Source of the DNA: the human T2T-CHM13v2.0 reference genome, Homo sapiens
Reading direction: 5' to 3' (one strand)
Length of the DNA: 64,000 nucleotides
NCBI RefSeq assembly: GCF_009914755.1
Contig: NC_060927.1
Shown: positions 60,629 to 64,000 of the stretch, piece after piece
Layout of the letters: the number at the start of each line of letters is the position of its first letter
Position numbering within the stretch: the stretch's first letter is position 1
Position numbers and translations under genes: made by a program
The notes under the pieces: model-generated
The model's database searches: none
What the model saw: only the letters and a program-made list of their open reading frames with translations
Told to the model about the DNA's origin: nothing

Positions 60629-61434
60629 GTGAGGTGTTCTTTTCTGATGGCATTTAAATAAGCTATTCTCAGTTCTATATTTAAATCATTTATCATAAAT
60701 TAATTTTTGCATAATGTTATTCATGGATTTTCTGTGAAGAATAGCAGTGTTTTCTCTAGGGTGCATTTCCCTGATACTGTGATACATTAGAGTGTTACTA
60801 AGGGGGGAGGATGTACACTCAATAACGTAATTGATTTCTCCTCTAAATTCACTTGCTATATGTGTGTGTATATATATGTGTGTGTGTGTATACCAAATAA
60901 TGTTATCATGAAGAAAGATTAAATGAAACTCAATTGCCTCACAGTCATTAATTTTGCTTTATCACATTTAACTATGTAGTATGATATTGTATGCATTATC
61001 TATAATGCTGAACTCCTTAACTGATCTGTATTTACCAACAATGACTCAAGTTCATTTCAGAAAATGTTCTATCAACTTTGTCCTTCTTCAGTTCATTTGG
61101 CTGACTATTCAGAAAACAAAGGGAGGAGGAATAAAACTCCTTTAGCAGAGATTTCTTTTACAAAAACATTATTTTTAAAGTGATTTATCTTTAAAAGTAT
61201 AGTATATACGAAAAGTAATTTATTATAGATAGTGATACAAACATAAACTGAGAAGGCACCAGGAAGTTAGATTTCAAGGTATATTTATAATACATTTAAG
61301 ATTTGAAAAAGCATCATGTGCTATGAAAATATTCATTGATAGTGAAAAAAGTGAAATATAAAAAATAAATGCTATAGTAAATATTTTTCATCCCCAGCAA
61401 AGGTCATATATTTGCATGTCACTGTATTTTTAAT

Positions 61435-61476
61435 ATCTATCTATCTGTCTATCTGTCTATCTATCTATATATATAT
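61435..61476. repeat. (TCTA/TCTG)n(TA)n microsatellite
   Basis: Direct reading. Confidence 0.85.
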
Positions 61477-62479
61477 AACTATTTTTCTCACTTACAAAAT
61501 GGCTGGACTTTGCCACTTGGGATGTTACATTATTTTTCTTCTTTATTTTCATGTGAAAATAAAGCATTCACTTCACTTCGTTTTTTGCCCCATGTTATGT
61601 GAATAAGTTCTGTTTGCATCTCATCTTTCTCTCTTGATCTCATTTTCATTTATTTTTCTTGGTTCTGGGCCCTCTTCTTCCAACTGCTCTGAATGCTAGC
61701 AGTGATGATATATTTATACTCTGACTGGGCTTGATGTCCAGATTCAATCCTAGAAGCTGAATTCAGCAAAATCATCAAGTTATTATAGAGCAATGCTGCT
61801 CGTGCAGTGTATACTCTCAACCAAGTGTGCTCTGTAAGGTAAAATGAAATTCAGAGGTGTTTGGGGACATGAACTGTTTGTTCTTTTCTGTAGCCATTCT
61901 AAAAATGTGTTATTTTATAGCTTGTGTTCATTTAACCTGTTCTAAATTATTTTAGAATAATTTACAGGACCACCTATGGTACTTGAAATGCTGTGTACTT
62001 AGTACTTGAAATGCTGTATACTTAATGTCCTTCCATTATGTTTCTTCAAAAACTCATTCTTATCAGATACATATCAAAATGACTCATCATCTAATGATGC
62101 TTGGGTTAGGTTGGTTTTCTTTTTATTTTCTTCTTTTTATTTTTGTATCAGCTGTATCCTAAAGCAGAATATAATGGCAAACAGTGTAGCAGATATTCAA
62201 TCTAAATTGCTGCTAAAAATGGATCAAATGACTACCACAAGCAAATAAGGTGGGAAATATTAGCTTCTCCCCTAATTTATATATTTTATTCTGTGGAATA
62301 ATGAATCCATTAAATGTTTTAAAGAAACAATAATATGTTACAAATAAAAGATTTACTTCTAAACATCTTACTACATGTTTAGAAGTAGTGTATTTTATGC
62401 TTTAAATTTTAAAAACTAATATTTTTCAGCTCTTATTATGTACTGTGTATGTAAGACATTATCAGAGATTCTGAATACC

Positions 62480-62660
62480 TATCTCAGCTAATTTTGGCTC
62501 TACTCATGGACTATGTGACCTTGGGCATGGTATCAAATTCTCTGTACCTCTGTTTACTCATCTATAAAATTCTCTGTACCTCTGTTTACTCATCCACCTC
62601 ATACAATTATTATAAAGATTGATTGTTGTAAAGCTTGCAGAATAGTGCTTGACATATTGC
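62480..62660 (+). mobile_element. MIR SINE with an internal 28-bp tandem duplication
   Basis: ctatgtgaccttgggca...tctctgtacctctgttt.ctcatctataaaat core. Confidence 0.7.
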
Positions 62661-63587
62661 AGGTGGCAGAGCAAGGATTCAAACTCAAGTCTCTATGACT
62701 CAAAAAGCCATGCTCTCATGCGTTATGAATTCATTTTATTAAATTGCTTACTACTTTTCCTTATAAGTCCACTACCATCTCCTCATGGTGTGTGTCCCCT
62801 TTGCACGTAGAGTTTCTAAAAGTCACATTATTATAATGCAAAAAAAAAATCAAATGAATGGAAAAATAGGGTCAATACTTCCATCTTACTCTTCTTTAAT
62901 GTTCTTACCCTTCTTTGTAATCATCTCTCTTCTTAGAAGCTCAAAGTGCTTTATAAACTTTGTGTTAATAGCAGATACTCAACTCCCCATGACAAGCGGA
63001 AATAAAATATATAAATATATATAGCCCATACATTCTCAAAAGCAAAGTCATTTTTCAAACTACAGCTTTAGAACATAATCACAGCTTATGTGAGCACAGG
63101 AAGGAGGAAGTGGCTAAGTGCACTGTGTAGTAGGGGAGCCATCCGTGGCTCATAATAGCCTTCTGTGCTTACTGGAAGCAGAAATGATTTCCCTTTGGTC
63201 TCCCACACTATTTGAAAACTGCTTCAATTTGTTATTTTATTATGAAGGAGTGGTAGCACTACTAAGTACAAGATTACATCTAGTGTCAGTGCTGGTTGCT
63301 GGCTGGCTGTCATATTGCACTGGATTCATCAATCTCATACCATTTGGGATCCTTGGGGACATTCTTCCAGATATATATCGGCAGAGGGGCAGTGTAGTCA
63401 AGTGTGTGTGTGGGCTTGTGTGTGAAAATATACATGTGTGTAGAGAAGGGATGTGTGTGTAACCGTGTGTATTTTTAATTTTAAAGTTGAATACATTCTG
63501 ACTTAGCAAGCAAATCATCAGCAGCCTGGCTGCCCAGAAGGCACAACTTCACCAATGTGCAGAATTTTTAACTTTTCTAAGCCCATT

Positions 63588-63692
63588 TGGGGATAGTGGT
63601 CAAGGTTACACTTAATTCACACTAATGTATTTTCTCTAATTTCACTAAAATTCACTAGTGCGAATTAAATGTAACCTTGACCATTATCCCCA
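63588..63692. repeat. Long inverted repeat (46-bp arms, 13-nt loop), MITE-like
   Basis: 63588-63633 is the reverse complement of 63647-63692 at 41 of 46 positions. Confidence 0.9.
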
Positions 63693-63873
63693 TACAGGCT
63701 TTTTCCAGCTACACATTTGGATTTCATAAATACTTTTTGTGGCACTTACCTGCAAACCACCTACCTCTAAATTTTAGAAATTCCCATTTCAGAACATTCC
63801 ACTTAGAACTTCCCATTTTTTATAACAATATTAACTAGAATCTAAACTAAGTATAGCTATAGAATACTTTAAC

Positions 63874-63927
63874 ATTGTTTTTTGTTTTTTGTTTTTATTA
63901 TACTTTAAGTTTTAGGGTACATGTGCT
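63874..63927 (-). mobile_element. Minimal L1PA 3'-end insertion (about 32 nt of L1 plus tail)
   Basis: ttattatactttaagttttagggtacatgtgc plus (gtttttt)n tail; perfect 16-bp TSD tatagaatactttaac at 63858-63873 and 63928-63943. Confidence 0.9.
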
Positions 63928-64000
63928 TATAGAATACTTTAACTTTGAAATGCCACATGTCAACCACAAAAAAATTCCTTTGTTTTATAACATTTGTTGA

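Noticed and set aside
60370-60696. 108-aa minus-strand ORF over the kinase exon
   Set aside because: Antisense to a clear EphA kinase exon; no recognisable domain.
61979-62594. Short direct repeats of CRISPR-like length
   Set aside because: Only two adjacent copies each, no spacers, eukaryotic context.
63118-63518. Overlapping 114-aa (+) and 92-aa (-) ORFs in less AT-rich unique sequence
   Set aside because: No Eph kinase continuation (KHDG... expected next), no convincing splice sites, partly TG-repeat derived.

Overview
Human (or very closely related great-ape) genomic DNA, AT-rich and repeat-dense, lying inside the EPHA6 receptor tyrosine kinase gene on the + strand. Only two coding exons are visible: the 126-nt exon encoding the EPHA6-specific 42-aa kinase-domain insert (42394-42519) and the following 62-nt kinase exon GRPVMIVVEYMENGSLDSFLR (60567-60628). 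The rest is intron filled with Alu, L1, MaLR/ERV LTRs, Tigger/MER DNA transposons, L2/MIR relics, a truncated U2 snRNA retrocopy and microsatellites. I see no new gene or prokaryote-type system. The most unusual signals are retrotransposition footprints: an AluY whose 14-bp target-site duplication encloses ~255 bp of extra L1-derived DNA (candidate Alu 3' transduction), and an L1PA2 carrying a 94-bp 3' transduction with its own AATAAA and second poly(A). Also notable are a compensating +4/+4 splice-site pair that gives the same protein and two long unexplained inverted repeats. Gene and repeat names come from recognition of the sequence, not a database search; subfamily calls and boundaries of old repeats are approximate.
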